The notes beneath the pieces are model-generated. The model was not told the DNA's origin. It did no database searches and was given only the letters and a program-made list of their open reading frames with translations. Positions 1 through 9,345 of a DNA stretch of 61,111 nucleotides are shown here, piece by piece. Made by a program: the position numbers and the translations under genes. Where the stretch lies: positions 1 to 61,111 of the IMG/VR virus record IMGVR_UViG_3300011436_000001; one strand, 5' to 3'. The stretch is from a virus (taxonomy: Duplodnaviria; Caudoviricetes). Numbering within the stretch: the stretch's first letter is position 1; every line of letters begins with the position of its first letter.

Positions 1-293
1 AAACGGAAAGGGATCACTTCGGACTGCCCCCGCTTAACGGCACTGGCCAATTTGGGCATCTGCAACGGGGGTCTTCAGGTCACGGGCATCCTAGCCCTAC
101 GGAAATCGCCCTGACAACCCCCGGATTTCCCGGTGCCTGTGAGCGCTGAGGCGGTCCGCCGTGCCCAACCAGCGGCGCAGGGCCAACCCTCCCCAGCGGC
201 CAAAAAACGGGCCTTCCCGTCGATCAGCCCCATTCGACTGCACACAAAGTGCCGGAGTGCTTTGATATGAAAACATTCTACGTCAGAAAGAAA

Positions 294-1169
294 TCATTTT
301 CCGTATTTCTCTCCGGCGGCGGCCCTGGCGCGGGCTAGCCCTTCCGGCGTCCCGATGTCATGCCAGCCGCTTTGCACCCGCTGCACCAGGACCGGAGCCC
401 CTGGCCGGGCAATGATCGCCTCATCGATGCCGACCGGCGCGACCTGCTGTGACAGCGCTTTGGTGTCAATGTGGAGCAAAGCCCCGCTATGGAAGCTGTC
501 CCGCAGCGCCGCTGAAAACTGTGGTGACAGCGGCGACATCAGTCGCCGCCAAACGCTCGCGCGGGCGACCGTGATGCCGGTATTCCAAAGAACATGATCG
601 CCGCTGTCCATCAGCCGCGCGGCCTTCTCGATGCCGGGCCGCTGGATGAACGCCGACAGTTTCCCCGTGGCGTGATCGTCGCGGGGCATCGTGACGCGCA
701 AGTATCCGACCGCAGGATCGGCGGCAACCGCTACCTCACCCAAAACCACAATGCCTTCGAAAGTGTAGGCCAAGCGAACAGCGCGGCGCAGAGCATCGAC
801 CATTGCATCTGGATTGGCGATCCAATGATCCGACGGCGTGACGATGAGTACGCTATCGGCCAGAATTTTGTGAGCCGCCATGACGTAGCTGAAATAAGTT
901 CCGACGGGATGGCTTTCGACCAGCACAGTCGTACGCATGACGACGTTCGCGGGCTCCATTTCCAAGGTGCGCTGGCACGCTTCCAAAGCTTTGCCGCTGG
1001 TGATTACACCAAGCTCATCGCACCCGCTACGCAAGATCAGCCGCAGCGCCATCGAGCACCCGGACCGCCCGCCGATCAGCGATATGAATTGCTTTGGCTC
1101 TTCTGGTGTGGAAAGCGGATAAAGCCGGGAACCGGTCCCGCCCGCTAGAACTATGCCGACAACGGACAT
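294..1169 (-). CDS. Mannose-1-phosphate guanylyltransferase-like sugar nucleotidyltransferase (ManC N-terminal domain)
   Basis: Motifs ILAGGTGSRLYPLS..PKQF, PSDHWI, GYL, WNTGI and GWHDIGT, typical of the GMP/ManC family. Confidence 0.85.
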   Translation of the reverse strand: MSVVGIVLAGGTGSRLYPLSTPEEPKQFISLIGGRSGCSMALRLILRSGCDELGVITSGKALEACQRTLEMEPANVVMRTTVLVESHPVGTYFSYVMAAHKILADSVLIVTPSDHWIANPDAMVDALRRAVRLAYTFEGIVVLGEVAVAADPAVGYLRVTMPRDDHATGKLSAFIQRPGIEKAARLMDSGDHVLWNTGITVARASVWRRLMSPLSPQFSAALRDSFHSGALLHIDTKALSQQVAPVGIDEAIIARPGAPVLVQRVQSGWHDIGTPEGLARARAAAGEKYGK

Positions 1170-1384
1170 TCAACGCGTCCTTTATTCTCTTCGTACCACT
1201 TCAGACAGCAGGCGGCACGGCAGAAATTGGTGTCGCCGAAAAAGTAGGTTGGCTTGTTGTGGCCGCGCCCATCATCGCCTTTTGTGTACCAACTGATCTG
1301 ACTGTCATCGTTGATATGAGCGTGCGCGAAGAGATGTGGGGCGCATAGGTTCCCGCAAACCGCGCAACGGTGCCAATCGTTCAT
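1151..1384 (-). CDS. Small Zn-finger protein (CxxC...FCxxxC, TRASH/MYM-like)
   Basis: CAVC and FCRAAC motifs; ATG overlaps the upstream stop (TAATG at 1382-1386). Confidence 0.55.
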   Translation of the reverse strand: MNDWHRCAVCGNLCAPHLFAHAHINDDSQISWYTKGDDGRGHNKPTYFFGDTNFCRAACCLKWYEENKGRVECPLSA

Positions 1385-1809
1385 TATCGGCGCGGGTCCA
1401 GTGGGAGTAGCAGCCATTGGACCGGTGTCAGCGCATAGGCGCGCTTTTCCATCATGGGTTCATAGTTGGGATCGTGCGCCAGCTTTTTGCCGTTGTACAC
1501 AAGCGCGTAAGTCGGCGGGATTGTCAGCGGCGTCGGCGGCGGGAAGTTCCCGATGCGGATATGGTATCCAAAAACGGTTTCGGTTGGCAGCGCGTGATCG
1601 GTCAGCGCCATGCTTAAAAGTTGCAGCTTGCGCATCGACAGCCAGAGATTGGACCGCTGCCAGAAATTCTGCTTTTGAGTACACCGCAGATCGGGCACGT
1701 CCGATAAAGCGATTTCCAAAAGGGAGGCGAGGCAGGCAGGCAATCCAATCGGCATCAACGTGACGCGCTCGGGGTCTTCGACAAACGGCTGTTGAAATAC
1801 GGGCCGCAT
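1384..1809 (-). CDS. Hypothetical protein
   Basis: ORF whose stop is coupled to the next ATG; start chosen just after the o-spanin stop. Confidence 0.45.
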   Translation of the reverse strand: MRPVFQQPFVEDPERVTLMPIGLPACLASLLEIALSDVPDLRCTQKQNFWQRSNLWLSMRKLQLLSMALTDHALPTETVFGYHIRIGNFPPPTPLTIPPTYALVYNGKKLAHDPNYEPMMEKRAYALTPVQWLLLPLDPRR

Positions 1810-1816
1810 GGGGTGC

Positions 1817-2158
1817 TCACTGTTCGGCAGCGCGGCAGATTTCCAATTTGTCTTCAAGAACCGTCATCGAGGAAAGCCAGTCCCACAATTCTTCGGAACC
1901 CGCGACCGGGCGCGCTGGCTTTGGCCCGGTGCCATCAGGATCAATAGCGGCGATGCGCCGCAGAAACGCGACGGCCTCGGGCGGCATCTTGCGAAATTCG
2001 GGACAGAGCTTCTTGACCGGCGACGGTTCAGCGGTCGTTGGGATTTCGCTTTCCGGTATCTCCGGCCCCATGTCCCCCATCCCCAGGTTTACGTTCAGCG
2101 GACAACCGGCCAAGAATATCGTCAACATCGGTGCTAACAGGACGGTGCGTATCGACAT
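1817..2158 (-). CDS. Putative o-spanin (Rz1-like outer-membrane lipoprotein)
   Basis: Signal peptide with lipobox LAGC, Pro-rich, overlaps the 3' end of the i-spanin candidate, in lysis cassette. Confidence 0.65.
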   Translation of the reverse strand: MSIRTVLLAPMLTIFLAGCPLNVNLGMGDMGPEIPESEIPTTAEPSPVKKLCPEFRKMPPEAVAFLRRIAAIDPDGTGPKPARPVAGSEELWDWLSSMTVLEDKLEICRAAEQ

Positions 2159-2282
2159 TGGCTTGCTCCCTTAGACCGGTTTCCACTTTCGCGTTTTGTG
2201 CGGCCTCGGTCTTTTTGGCACGCCAAAATGCCAGCAGACTTTTCACCAGATCGAGGATGATTGCCAGTAAACTTTTCTTCAT
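2028..2282 (-). CDS. Putative i-spanin (Rz-like)
   Basis: N-terminal hydrophobic helix MKKSLLAIILDLVKSLLAFW followed by a helical segment; overlaps the lipoprotein gene. Confidence 0.55.
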   Translation of the reverse strand: MKKSLLAIILDLVKSLLAFWRAKKTEAAQNAKVETGLREQANVDTHRPVSTDVDDILGRLSAERKPGDGGHGAGDTGKRNPNDR

Positions 2283-2551
2283 GATGGCGGCTTCGCTAGT
2301 TCTGGATTTGTGTTGGGAAGGACGCCAGCGCGCGGACGCCAATCGATGTGATAGGTCCAAGTGAGATGAAAGCGCTTGCAGTCATCGGTTGCCCTACCAA
2401 TCGGCGTATCCCCGGCAAACGTTTCGCAAAGCTCTGGAAAGACGCAGCCATGCAAAACGAATGCCAGGAACAACGCGCCGCAGGGTCTTAGGTAGCGTCG
2501 GAATGCAGACGGGCGCGTAGTGCGTCGGTCTTTGCGTTCAATTCGTCCCAT
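2279..2551 (-). CDS. Putative small lipoprotein (start uncertain)
   Basis: RRYLRPCGALFLAFVLHGC lipobox-like segment; its TGA overlaps the ATG of the i-spanin candidate (ATGA). Confidence 0.4.
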   Translation of the reverse strand: MGRIERKDRRTTRPSAFRRYLRPCGALFLAFVLHGCVFPELCETFAGDTPIGRATDDCKRFHLTWTYHIDWRPRAGVLPNTNPELAKPPS

Positions 2552-2700
2552 TCTGCTGGCGATGGATCGCGCTTCTCGGCGACCATTGTCTTCACGCGCT
2601 CGACGCCCCATTCGATGAGTTGCGCCGCTTCGGAGATGCCCTGGATCGCAGCAGGAAGATACTGGATCAGGATCATCGCAAAACTAAGGGCGGATGTCAT
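2488..2700 (-). CDS. Hypothetical protein, lysis region
   Basis: 70-aa ORF, ATGA-coupled to the upstream lipoprotein. Confidence 0.6.
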   Translation of the reverse strand: MTSALSFAMILIQYLPAAIQGISEAAQLIEWGVERVKTMVAEKRDPSPAEWDELNAKTDALRARLHSDAT

Positions 2701-3206
2701 AGCTGAACTCCCATGCTCGGGAAGAGAACACTGTGCGGCACGGTACGCTGCACCAGATCGCGATCACTCATCGGTGGCTTCATTCCCGGCGGTGAGTACA
2801 TACCCACAGTCGGCGCGCCGATCAGGTGATGGTTGACCAGGACTTGGTTAAAGACGGTCAACGCGCTTCGAGCGATGGATAGCGCCGTGCCGATGTTGCC
2901 GGTCGTGTTCGGATCGCGCACGACATCCTGCGCAGCGCGGATCGTCGTGTACGCATCGTTATCCGCCGTGCGGATTTCGAGGACCCAATCCTCTTGCGAA
3001 CAGGCCATCGTCAGCGATGTGGCAGGCGGGATGCAGCGCGGCTGGCTTTCATAGGCGACGGCGGCGGCCAGAAGCGCGGCGTATTCGGACTGTAGCGCGT
3101 AGACACGCTGCGCCGGAGTTTCTGCGACCGATGATGCGCAGCCAGATAGCGCAAACGGCGAGGCAATGAGCCCCACCAACAGAAACACTCTCAGTGTTTT
3201 GTACAT
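2697..3206 (-). CDS. Lipoprotein, lysis region
   Basis: Signal peptide ending in lipobox LSGC; RBS GGAGG upstream. Confidence 0.7.
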   Translation of the reverse strand: MYKTLRVFLLVGLIASPFALSGCASSVAETPAQRVYALQSEYAALLAAAVAYESQPRCIPPATSLTMACSQEDWVLEIRTADNDAYTTIRAAQDVVRDPNTTGNIGTALSIARSALTVFNQVLVNHHLIGAPTVGMYSPPGMKPPMSDRDLVQRTVPHSVLFPSMGVQL

Positions 3207-3577
3207 TACGTCCCTCCGTTTTCGGGCACAGCAACTTTTGCTTTGTTGGGGATGAAGTAGGTCAGATATCCGACGCCGACGGCGCTGGCGATGGCACCCG
3301 CCAACGTCTTCATCGCGTTGTACACGTCGTCACCGGTCGGACACAGAATTTCGAGCATGTGACAGAAGAGGTATCGGAAGATCACTTCGGCGCTGTCCGA
3401 TGTGCCAAGCAAATTCTGCAAGACCAGCGGAACGATCAGGGTGCCGAAACCCGCCAGCCACGCCTTCGTCGCCTTCGTGTCCACAGCCGTTTTGGCAGAC
3501 ACGACATCGGCGGCAATGACAGCGGCCTTTGTCTCAGAAGATTGTAACGGCGTTCCGCCTGGATTTGGATTGACCAT
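3206..3577 (-). CDS. Putative holin-like membrane protein
   Basis: Two hydrophobic segments ending in ..YLTYFIPNK; immediately downstream of the endolysin. Confidence 0.55.
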   Translation of the reverse strand: MVNPNPGGTPLQSSETKAAVIAADVVSAKTAVDTKATKAWLAGFGTLIVPLVLQNLLGTSDSAEVIFRYLFCHMLEILCPTGDDVYNAMKTLAGAIASAVGVGYLTYFIPNKAKVAVPENGGT

Positions 3578-3631
3578 AGGGCACCTCGTTGGAAGCGCTA
3601 TGATACCGCGCCATATTGACTGAAAATATGG

Positions 3632-4210
3632 TCAATCAACGGCAGCATCGACCGTGTAGTTAGCCGCAAAAAGCGCGGTTAAAACCATCCGGCGTAGAAG
3701 TCCGCGTACAAATACGTCCTGTGATTTTCGGTGATAGCGGTAGCCCCGCCGCGACAGGAAATCGGCGAGGTCTTCAAGCGCGTGATCCGATTGTGCAGAC
3801 TTCCACAGCGCCGCAATCGTCTTCGGCCCGACCTTACCATCGGGCAACAGGCGCATGGTCCGCTGCATCATTTCGATCACGCCGTCCTCTACTGGTTCCG
3901 GGCTAGTCGTGTAAGGCGGCTGGTTCACGACACCATCAAAAATCGCGATGGCCCACATCGCGGGCATCTCTTCGCAGTGCCAGCGCGTCCAGTATTCCTC
4001 TTTATAAATTGCCAGCGCGCCTTCAACCGTCAGGTTCGCGATATCGACATTGGGATGGTAGGCTTTTGCTATGCCGTACTTGGTCAGGCCGCCGGGGTCC
4101 TTCGCGTGATCAGAAAGTACACCTTCACGACGCAGCACGTAATCGACGGCGACGCCAAACGCCGCGTCACCTTTCATGTTCATCAGCGTTGCAGATTTTT
4201 CACCAAACAT
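3632..4210 (-). CDS. Endolysin, glycoside hydrolase family 108 with peptidoglycan-binding segment
   Basis: EGxxSDHxxDPGGxTKYGI, IYKxxYW, FDxxVN and DGKVGPKT motifs. Confidence 0.9.
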   Translation of the reverse strand: MFGEKSATLMNMKGDAAFGVAVDYVLRREGVLSDHAKDPGGLTKYGIAKAYHPNVDIANLTVEGALAIYKEEYWTRWHCEEMPAMWAIAIFDGVVNQPPYTTSPEPVEDGVIEMMQRTMRLLPDGKVGPKTIAALWKSAQSDHALEDLADFLSRRGYRYHRKSQDVFVRGLLRRMVLTALFAANYTVDAAVD

Positions 4211-4212
4211 TT

Positions 4213-4635
4213 TTACCTCCCGAAGAAGCTGGTCGTAAGGATATCAGGTACGGCTGACAACATAAATGCCAGCGATAGTATGAACAGCGTGGCACTGATC
4301 CAAAAAAACTCGCCGGAATGTTTATGAGTAGCGACGCGCATGAAGATCAGCATTCCAGCCATCATCGGCAGCAGTGTCGGCGTTTGAGCCCAATGATTGC
4401 GTAGCCACTCGGTAGACCAGCCAAAATGCGGTCCTTCCAAAGCAATCAAAACGTACAACCGGTTGATAGCGACGCCTAACCAAGTAAGTGAAATTGCCAA
4501 AGCCAGCCAGAAGGCTTCCGAAAATTCGCGGCGGCGGATGCGCCGAAGGCTGTATGGAGCAAAAGCGCAAAATATAAAAAGCCCCCCGAACAACAGCGTA
4601 AAAAATTGCACGTTAAGGATGGTGATCGAACTCAT
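4213..4635 (-). CDS. Multi-pass membrane protein
   Basis: About four hydrophobic segments; start reassigned to MSSITIL. Confidence 0.6.
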   Translation of the reverse strand: MSSITILNVQFFTLLFGGLFIFCAFAPYSLRRIRRREFSEAFWLALAISLTWLGVAINRLYVLIALEGPHFGWSTEWLRNHWAQTPTLLPMMAGMLIFMRVATHKHSGEFFWISATLFILSLAFMLSAVPDILTTSFFGR

Positions 4636-4792
4636 CGTCGAACTCCTGCGCCAAGTCTTCAACGGATCGCCCCGCACACGCGTCAACAGCCTTCGCCAAC
4701 TTCTTTGTGGCTTTGATGGCTTCTTCAAGGTCCTGGTCGATCCGCCCGTTGGGCACCAGAGCATGATATATACGCTGAAACAGCGTCATCAT
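4613..4792 (-). CDS. Hypothetical small protein (not in ORF track)
   Basis: MMTLFQRIYHALVPNGRIDQDLEEAIKA..., ATGA-coupled to the upstream ORF. Confidence 0.45.
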   Translation of the reverse strand: MMTLFQRIYHALVPNGRIDQDLEEAIKATKKLAKAVDACAGRSVEDLAQEFDDEFDHHP

Positions 4793-4980
4793 TTTAATCG
4801 TTCCTGTATCACAACAGTAAGCTGCGTTATAGCTTTTGTGTACTCAACAATGCAGTTGTGCATTTTTTCGGCCAGCGACACCAATCGGAGCAATAAGTAA
4901 ACTGCGACAATCCAGCCAAATGCCAATGGGCCGTACACAGACACCAGACTTTTAACATCAAAGCCTTCCATTTTTCCCAC
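4789..4980 (-). CDS. Small single-TM protein, holin-like
   Basis: One TM helix plus a short coiled coil at the start of the lysis cassette. Confidence 0.55.
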   Translation of the reverse strand: MGKMEGFDVKSLVSVYGPLAFGWIVAVYLLLRLVSLAEKMHNCIVEYTKAITQLTVVIQERLK

Positions 4981-6212
4981 TACGCCTCAATTGATACACG
5001 CAACGTCCACGCGGCTTCTATAAACGCCTCGGCCACCCCAGAGCTTTTATTATTGATGAGAAGACCATTCGTGGCGATGGCAACACGCAATAGGGCTAGA
5101 CTACTTGCTGTCGTCACAGACAGACCAAAAGAGGGCGACGCATTAGTTTGTTGGGGATGCCATGCCGTCATAACTTGCTCGCCGACGATGTACCCATTTT
5201 GATTTGAATTGCAGATCAGCCGTGCTGCTATCGATTTTGCGCGTGCTGCTAGTCCGTGCTCCTGAATAAGACTGCTTCCTGCGGTAGGCGTAAAGTCCGT
5301 TGCTTCGTAGCAGCGCGGATTAAAATCAAAAAGTGATCCTGTGAAAGTGCATCGAGTGTAATTTGCTCCGACCAAACTACAAAATATATAGGAGTACCAC
5401 GGGGTATCCAAATCGCCGGAGATACAGCCCCCATTCACAGAAGAGACAATCGCTATATTGTCACCAGGAATGACACCACTAATTGGTGAGGCATTGTAAA
5501 AATCAGTGTACCATCCATTTTGGAGTGACGACACATGAGGGAGGTAGACAGTTGTGCCAGAACCACAAACCAAAAATTTTCCATGATCATTGTTGGTCAG
5601 CGAATTGACGCCGGAAAGATTTGACAGCGCACCTCCCGGAATAAGTGCCCGACCTGACGCCCGCTGAAAAAACATAACGATCCAGTTGCCGCCACCCAGC
5701 GAAATTGCCCAGGCTGTATCGTTCGCCGCTGTGGCGATGTTTGCCGATCCTGGCAAGATCAGTGACGTGCCATTGTGGGTCAGCGTCAACGCGCCCGCAA
5801 AACGGATCATGCGCCATACACCAGCGGCGATAGTACCAAAACTGGTGATCGTGGTGACACCCGTGATGCGTACAAAGTTTGTCGTGGCCCCGCCAATGGC
5901 CGTCGTGCCGGAAGAGGCGATATCGGCGAACGCGGGGAGTGACAACGCGCCGGACATCTGCTGCCCGGCAGTCAGTGCCAGTATCCCCAAATTGGTTGAC
6001 GCAAGCGTGCCGATGGTGATCCAGGCACTATTCGCTGCGTTGCGGATTTTTAGGAAGCCGCTCGATGTATCGGCCCACAGCATGTACGCATATGTCGTGG
6101 CAGGCGCAGTTCCGCCACTGTTCAAACCAACAGTTGCCAACAAAGAGTAATTCAGATCACCGCGAAAGCTCGCCGTATCCTGATTTGCTAGTGAATAGTC
6201 ATGCTGAGACAT
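4980..6212 (-). CDS. Tail fibre / receptor-binding protein, paralog 3
   Basis: MSQHDYSLAN N-terminal anchor shared with the two upstream genes; divergent C-terminus. Confidence 0.8.
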   Translation of the reverse strand: MSQHDYSLANQDTASFRGDLNYSLLATVGLNSGGTAPATTYAYMLWADTSSGFLKIRNAANSAWITIGTLASTNLGILALTAGQQMSGALSLPAFADIASSGTTAIGGATTNFVRITGVTTITSFGTIAAGVWRMIRFAGALTLTHNGTSLILPGSANIATAANDTAWAISLGGGNWIVMFFQRASGRALIPGGALSNLSGVNSLTNNDHGKFLVCGSGTTVYLPHVSSLQNGWYTDFYNASPISGVIPGDNIAIVSSVNGGCISGDLDTPWYSYIFCSLVGANYTRCTFTGSLFDFNPRCYEATDFTPTAGSSLIQEHGLAARAKSIAARLICNSNQNGYIVGEQVMTAWHPQQTNASPSFGLSVTTASSLALLRVAIATNGLLINNKSSGVAEAFIEAAWTLRVSIEA

Positions 6213-6218
6213 ATTTCG

Positions 6219-7436
6219 CTAGCCCTCGCAATTTAGGAAAAATTGCCAGCGGCCTTCAGTGATCGCCACGCTTGCGCCCGTGCCTTTGTTGTTAACCTGA
6301 AACCCGTTCGCGCCGACCTTCAAATCCAGCGCTGCGCCGCTCGATGCGACAGATAAGCCCCAACTCGCACTGGCATTTGTTTGCTCGGCATGTTCGACTG
6401 ACGCCACAAACTCGCCTGCCACGTACCCAGCGTCGCCAGAATTGCATTGCAAGATACACTGCACTTTTCGAGGCCGCGTTGCCAAACCGGTTGATGTACT
6501 AAATGCACCAGCCGCGCTGCTAGGAAACGTGTCACTTGTCCAACGGCGCGGGAAGAAATCAAAGAACGAATTGATCTTCATCAGCCGCGTCATGTTGTTG
6601 TTCGGGCGACCTTGTAACAAAAACGTACTGTAGCCGCCGCTGGTGATTGGTATATGGCTCAGCAACCCCGAAGCAGTGATCGTGATTTGGGTAATGGAAG
6701 ATGATGACGTGGCGCAGATCAAATCGACGTACCAGCCATTATTCAGCGAATTAAGATGGGACACCGCAACAGAGGCTTGGGCGGTGTACATGATACGCGC
6801 GCCGTTATCAGCATTCGTCAGCGAGTGCAGATTTGTGGCAACGACGGTTGGTGCAAGCTGAGTAGCAATAGCGCCACCAGACGCGCGCTGATAAAAAAGC
6901 ACAATCCAATTGCCGGAACCCAGCGATATTGCCAACGCCCGATCATCGGCAGACGCAGTGATGCTCGCGACACCCGGCAAGATCATCGCCGTGCCGTCGT
7001 ACGTCAGCGTCGCGCCGGTCGATTGGAACCGCAGCACGCGCCACAGGCCCGCCGCACCGCTGCCGAAGCTGGCAATCGCCGCCGTGCCGGTGATGCGTAC
7101 AAAATTGGAAGTCGTGGTGCTTAGGTCCGTCGTGCCGCTGCTGCCCAAATCCTCAAAGGCGTCAAGTTCAAGCGCGCCGGTAAGCGAACCGCCGCTTAGA
7201 GCCAGGAGCCCCAAATTGGTTGACGCAAGCGTGCCGATGGTGATCCAATTCGTGTTCGCGCTGTTGCGGATTTTCAGCAGGCCGGTCGTGGTATCCGCCC
7301 ACAGCATGAAAGCGAACATAGTCGTCGGAGCCGCCGCGCCGCTGTTCAGCGACACCACAGCAGTCAACGCATTATTCAGATCGGTCCGAAACGCCGATCC
7401 GGTCGCATTCGCTATAGAGTAGTCGTGCTGCGCCAT
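6219..7436 (-). CDS. Tail fibre / receptor-binding protein, paralog 2
   Basis: MAQHDYSIAN...WADT..GLLKIRN N-terminal domain. Confidence 0.8.
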   Translation of the reverse strand: MAQHDYSIANATGSAFRTDLNNALTAVVSLNSGAAAPTTMFAFMLWADTTTGLLKIRNSANTNWITIGTLASTNLGLLALSGGSLTGALELDAFEDLGSSGTTDLSTTTSNFVRITGTAAIASFGSGAAGLWRVLRFQSTGATLTYDGTAMILPGVASITASADDRALAISLGSGNWIVLFYQRASGGAIATQLAPTVVATNLHSLTNADNGARIMYTAQASVAVSHLNSLNNGWYVDLICATSSSSITQITITASGLLSHIPITSGGYSTFLLQGRPNNNMTRLMKINSFFDFFPRRWTSDTFPSSAAGAFSTSTGLATRPRKVQCILQCNSGDAGYVAGEFVASVEHAEQTNASASWGLSVASSGAALDLKVGANGFQVNNKGTGASVAITEGRWQFFLNCEG

Positions 7437-7448
7437 GAAGTGTACTCG

Positions 7449-8660
7449 CTAAAATGTGACAACGACGCGCGTTCGGAAATTTCCGGCGGTTAGGGTAGCT
7501 TGGTTGCCCGTCGTGGGGTTCACGCCATCGTACACGCCTACGCGCGTGAAGTTGACATTCACCGAATTGACGCCACACCAGTAATGCCCACCACTGCCCG
7601 CCGTGCCCGCCAAATCGTAGGACATCTGATCAACGGCAAATTCCTGGCCCGGCTGCCAACCCTGTTGTGAATTAACGCAGCGATAGAAAAGCTGCATCGT
7701 CGTCGGGTTTACGCCCAGCCCGTGTGAATGTACGTCAGTCGTATTGCCCGCCGCGACGGCCTTCGGATCGGTTTTCCATTTGCGCGTACTGGTTTCCCAA
7801 ACCGACGAAACGCACATCACCTCGACTACACTGAAGCCCGGCTCGTTTTGTATTTTGACGAAGGAACCGCCGCCGCTGAAAAGCCGCCCGGACGCTGTGA
7901 TCGTCAGGATCGCGGCTGAAGTCGTTGCGCGATTGATCATGCGGAAATTGATGCCGTCAGATACCGCAGGAAGCGAAACGGCGCAGCCCGCCGCGTTGGT
8001 GTAGCTAAAGGTCTTGCCGGTATCCGAAACTGCTGGCGAATGCGTCGTGCCGGTCTGAAGGCTCAAAGCACTTGCGCCACCAGCGCCACCGGCCAACGGC
8101 GTGCCATCGCCACGCTGGTAGATCGCGACAAACCAGGAGCCGGAGCCCAGCGAAATCGCCAACAGGCTATCGTTGGCTGCCGTCGTGATGCTCGCTGCTG
8201 TTGGCAAGATCAGCGACACGGCATTGTGGGTGATGGTCAGCGCGCCCGCGAAGCGCAGGATGCGCCAGACGCCCGCCGTTGCCGTGCCGAAGCTGGTGAT
8301 GCCGGTGACGCCAGTCACGCGCACAAAGTTTGTGGTCTGCGCGCCGATGTCCGTTGTCCCGCCAGACGCCAGATCGGCAAACGCATCTAGCTCGATGGCC
8401 CCGGTCAGCGATCCGCCGGTCAGCGCCAGCAATGCCAGATTGGTGCTGTCGAGCACGCCAACAGTGACCCATGACGTGTTCGCGCCGTTGCGGATTTTGA
8501 GAAGCCCGGCAGCGGTGTCAGCCCAAAACATGTACGCATACGTCGTGGTCGGAGCGGTGCCGCCGCTGTTGTGCGTCGCAATGGCACCCGCCAGATTATT
8601 AAGGTCGGTGCGAACAGTCGCGCCAGAAGCGTTGCCAATATTGTAATCGTGCTGGGTCAT
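7449..8660 (-). CDS. Tail fibre / receptor-binding protein, paralog 1
   Basis: MTQHDYNIGN...WADT..GLLKIRN N-terminal domain; C-terminal HGLG motif. Confidence 0.8.
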   Translation of the reverse strand: MTQHDYNIGNASGATVRTDLNNLAGAIATHNSGGTAPTTTYAYMFWADTAAGLLKIRNGANTSWVTVGVLDSTNLALLALTGGSLTGAIELDAFADLASGGTTDIGAQTTNFVRVTGVTGITSFGTATAGVWRILRFAGALTITHNAVSLILPTAASITTAANDSLLAISLGSGSWFVAIYQRGDGTPLAGGAGGASALSLQTGTTHSPAVSDTGKTFSYTNAAGCAVSLPAVSDGINFRMINRATTSAAILTITASGRLFSGGGSFVKIQNEPGFSVVEVMCVSSVWETSTRKWKTDPKAVAAGNTTDVHSHGLGVNPTTMQLFYRCVNSQQGWQPGQEFAVDQMSYDLAGTAGSGGHYWCGVNSVNVNFTRVGVYDGVNPTTGNQATLTAGNFRTRVVVTF

Positions 8661-9016
8661 TGCTGGCCCCCATCCTTGCCGTTAATCAGCACCGTCTTTG
8701 GTGCTGTAGCGCTATCGAATGTACGCCGATACCAATCGATCCAAGATTGCGTGCGAACCGGGAGCGGCTTGCCTAGTTCTTCGCTCATCATTTGCGCAAA
8801 ATCACAGAAAGCGACTTCGAACGGCAACGGCTGCATCAGTCCGACGCGGGCGCTGTGATCTTTGATCGGCATGAAGCACAGCTTGTCGCGCGAATAGAAG
8901 TACTCGTTTAGCGACAGGTCCCCATCACCACCATCGACATCGCCCTCATTCAGTTCTTCGACATCCTCGAAAGCGACCAGGATATCGTGCTCATCCAATA
9001 TAGCGCGTTTGTACAT
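8657..9016 (-). CDS. Small tail-associated protein (paralog of 9020..9343)
   Basis: Shares A.LD...L..F, DL.L..Y, F.P and LP....W..W pattern with its neighbour. Confidence 0.6.
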   Translation of the reverse strand: MYKRAILDEHDILVAFEDVEELNEGDVDGGDGDLSLNEYFYSRDKLCFMPIKDHSARVGLMQPLPFEVAFCDFAQMMSEELGKPLPVRTQSWIDWYRRTFDSATAPKTVLINGKDGGQQ

Positions 9017-9019
9017 GGC

Positions 9020-9343
9020 TTAGACCTTCACAAACTTTTCGCACCATGCGATCCATTCCAGCGTCTCCGGCGGCAGTACGATCCGGCCATCATCGCGGAT
9101 CGCTTTGAACCCCTTCACGATGGCCGTCATCTGTTCCGGCATCACGGTCTTTTCATCAAGCTTCTTTTTCTCTGTGCGCGTCAGAGGCAAGAAGCTTTTG
9201 TCCTTCTCGATCCAGCGATACGCCCGCAATTCAAGATCGGGCGCTTCCACCACGATATCGTCTTCGGTGATCGCGGCGTCTTCCTTCTCGACAAAACCGA
9301 TCAGAAGGCGGTTTGCATCCAGCGTTGCCACAAATTTGGTCAT
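9020..9343 (-). CDS. Small tail-associated protein (paralog of 8657..9016)
   Basis: Lies between tail tip and fibres; paralogous pattern. Confidence 0.6.
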   Translation of the reverse strand: MTKFVATLDANRLLIGFVEKEDAAITEDDIVVEAPDLELRAYRWIEKDKSFLPLTRTEKKKLDEKTVMPEQMTAIVKGFKAIRDDGRIVLPPETLEWIAWCEKFVKV

Positions 9344-9345
9344 GG

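Noticed and set aside
1-290. Possible genome terminus or origin in the ORF-free left end
   Set aside because: No terminal repeat, iterons or match to the right end could be identified by eye
4980-8660. Diversity-generating retroelement or invertible shufflon acting on the fibres
   Set aside because: No reverse transcriptase, TR/VR pair or recombinase seen; all copies are full length and co-oriented
9040-9085. LPPETLEW in the tail-associated protein as a member of the EDNxL family
   Set aside because: It lacks the invariant Asp and has different Trp spacing; likely coincidental
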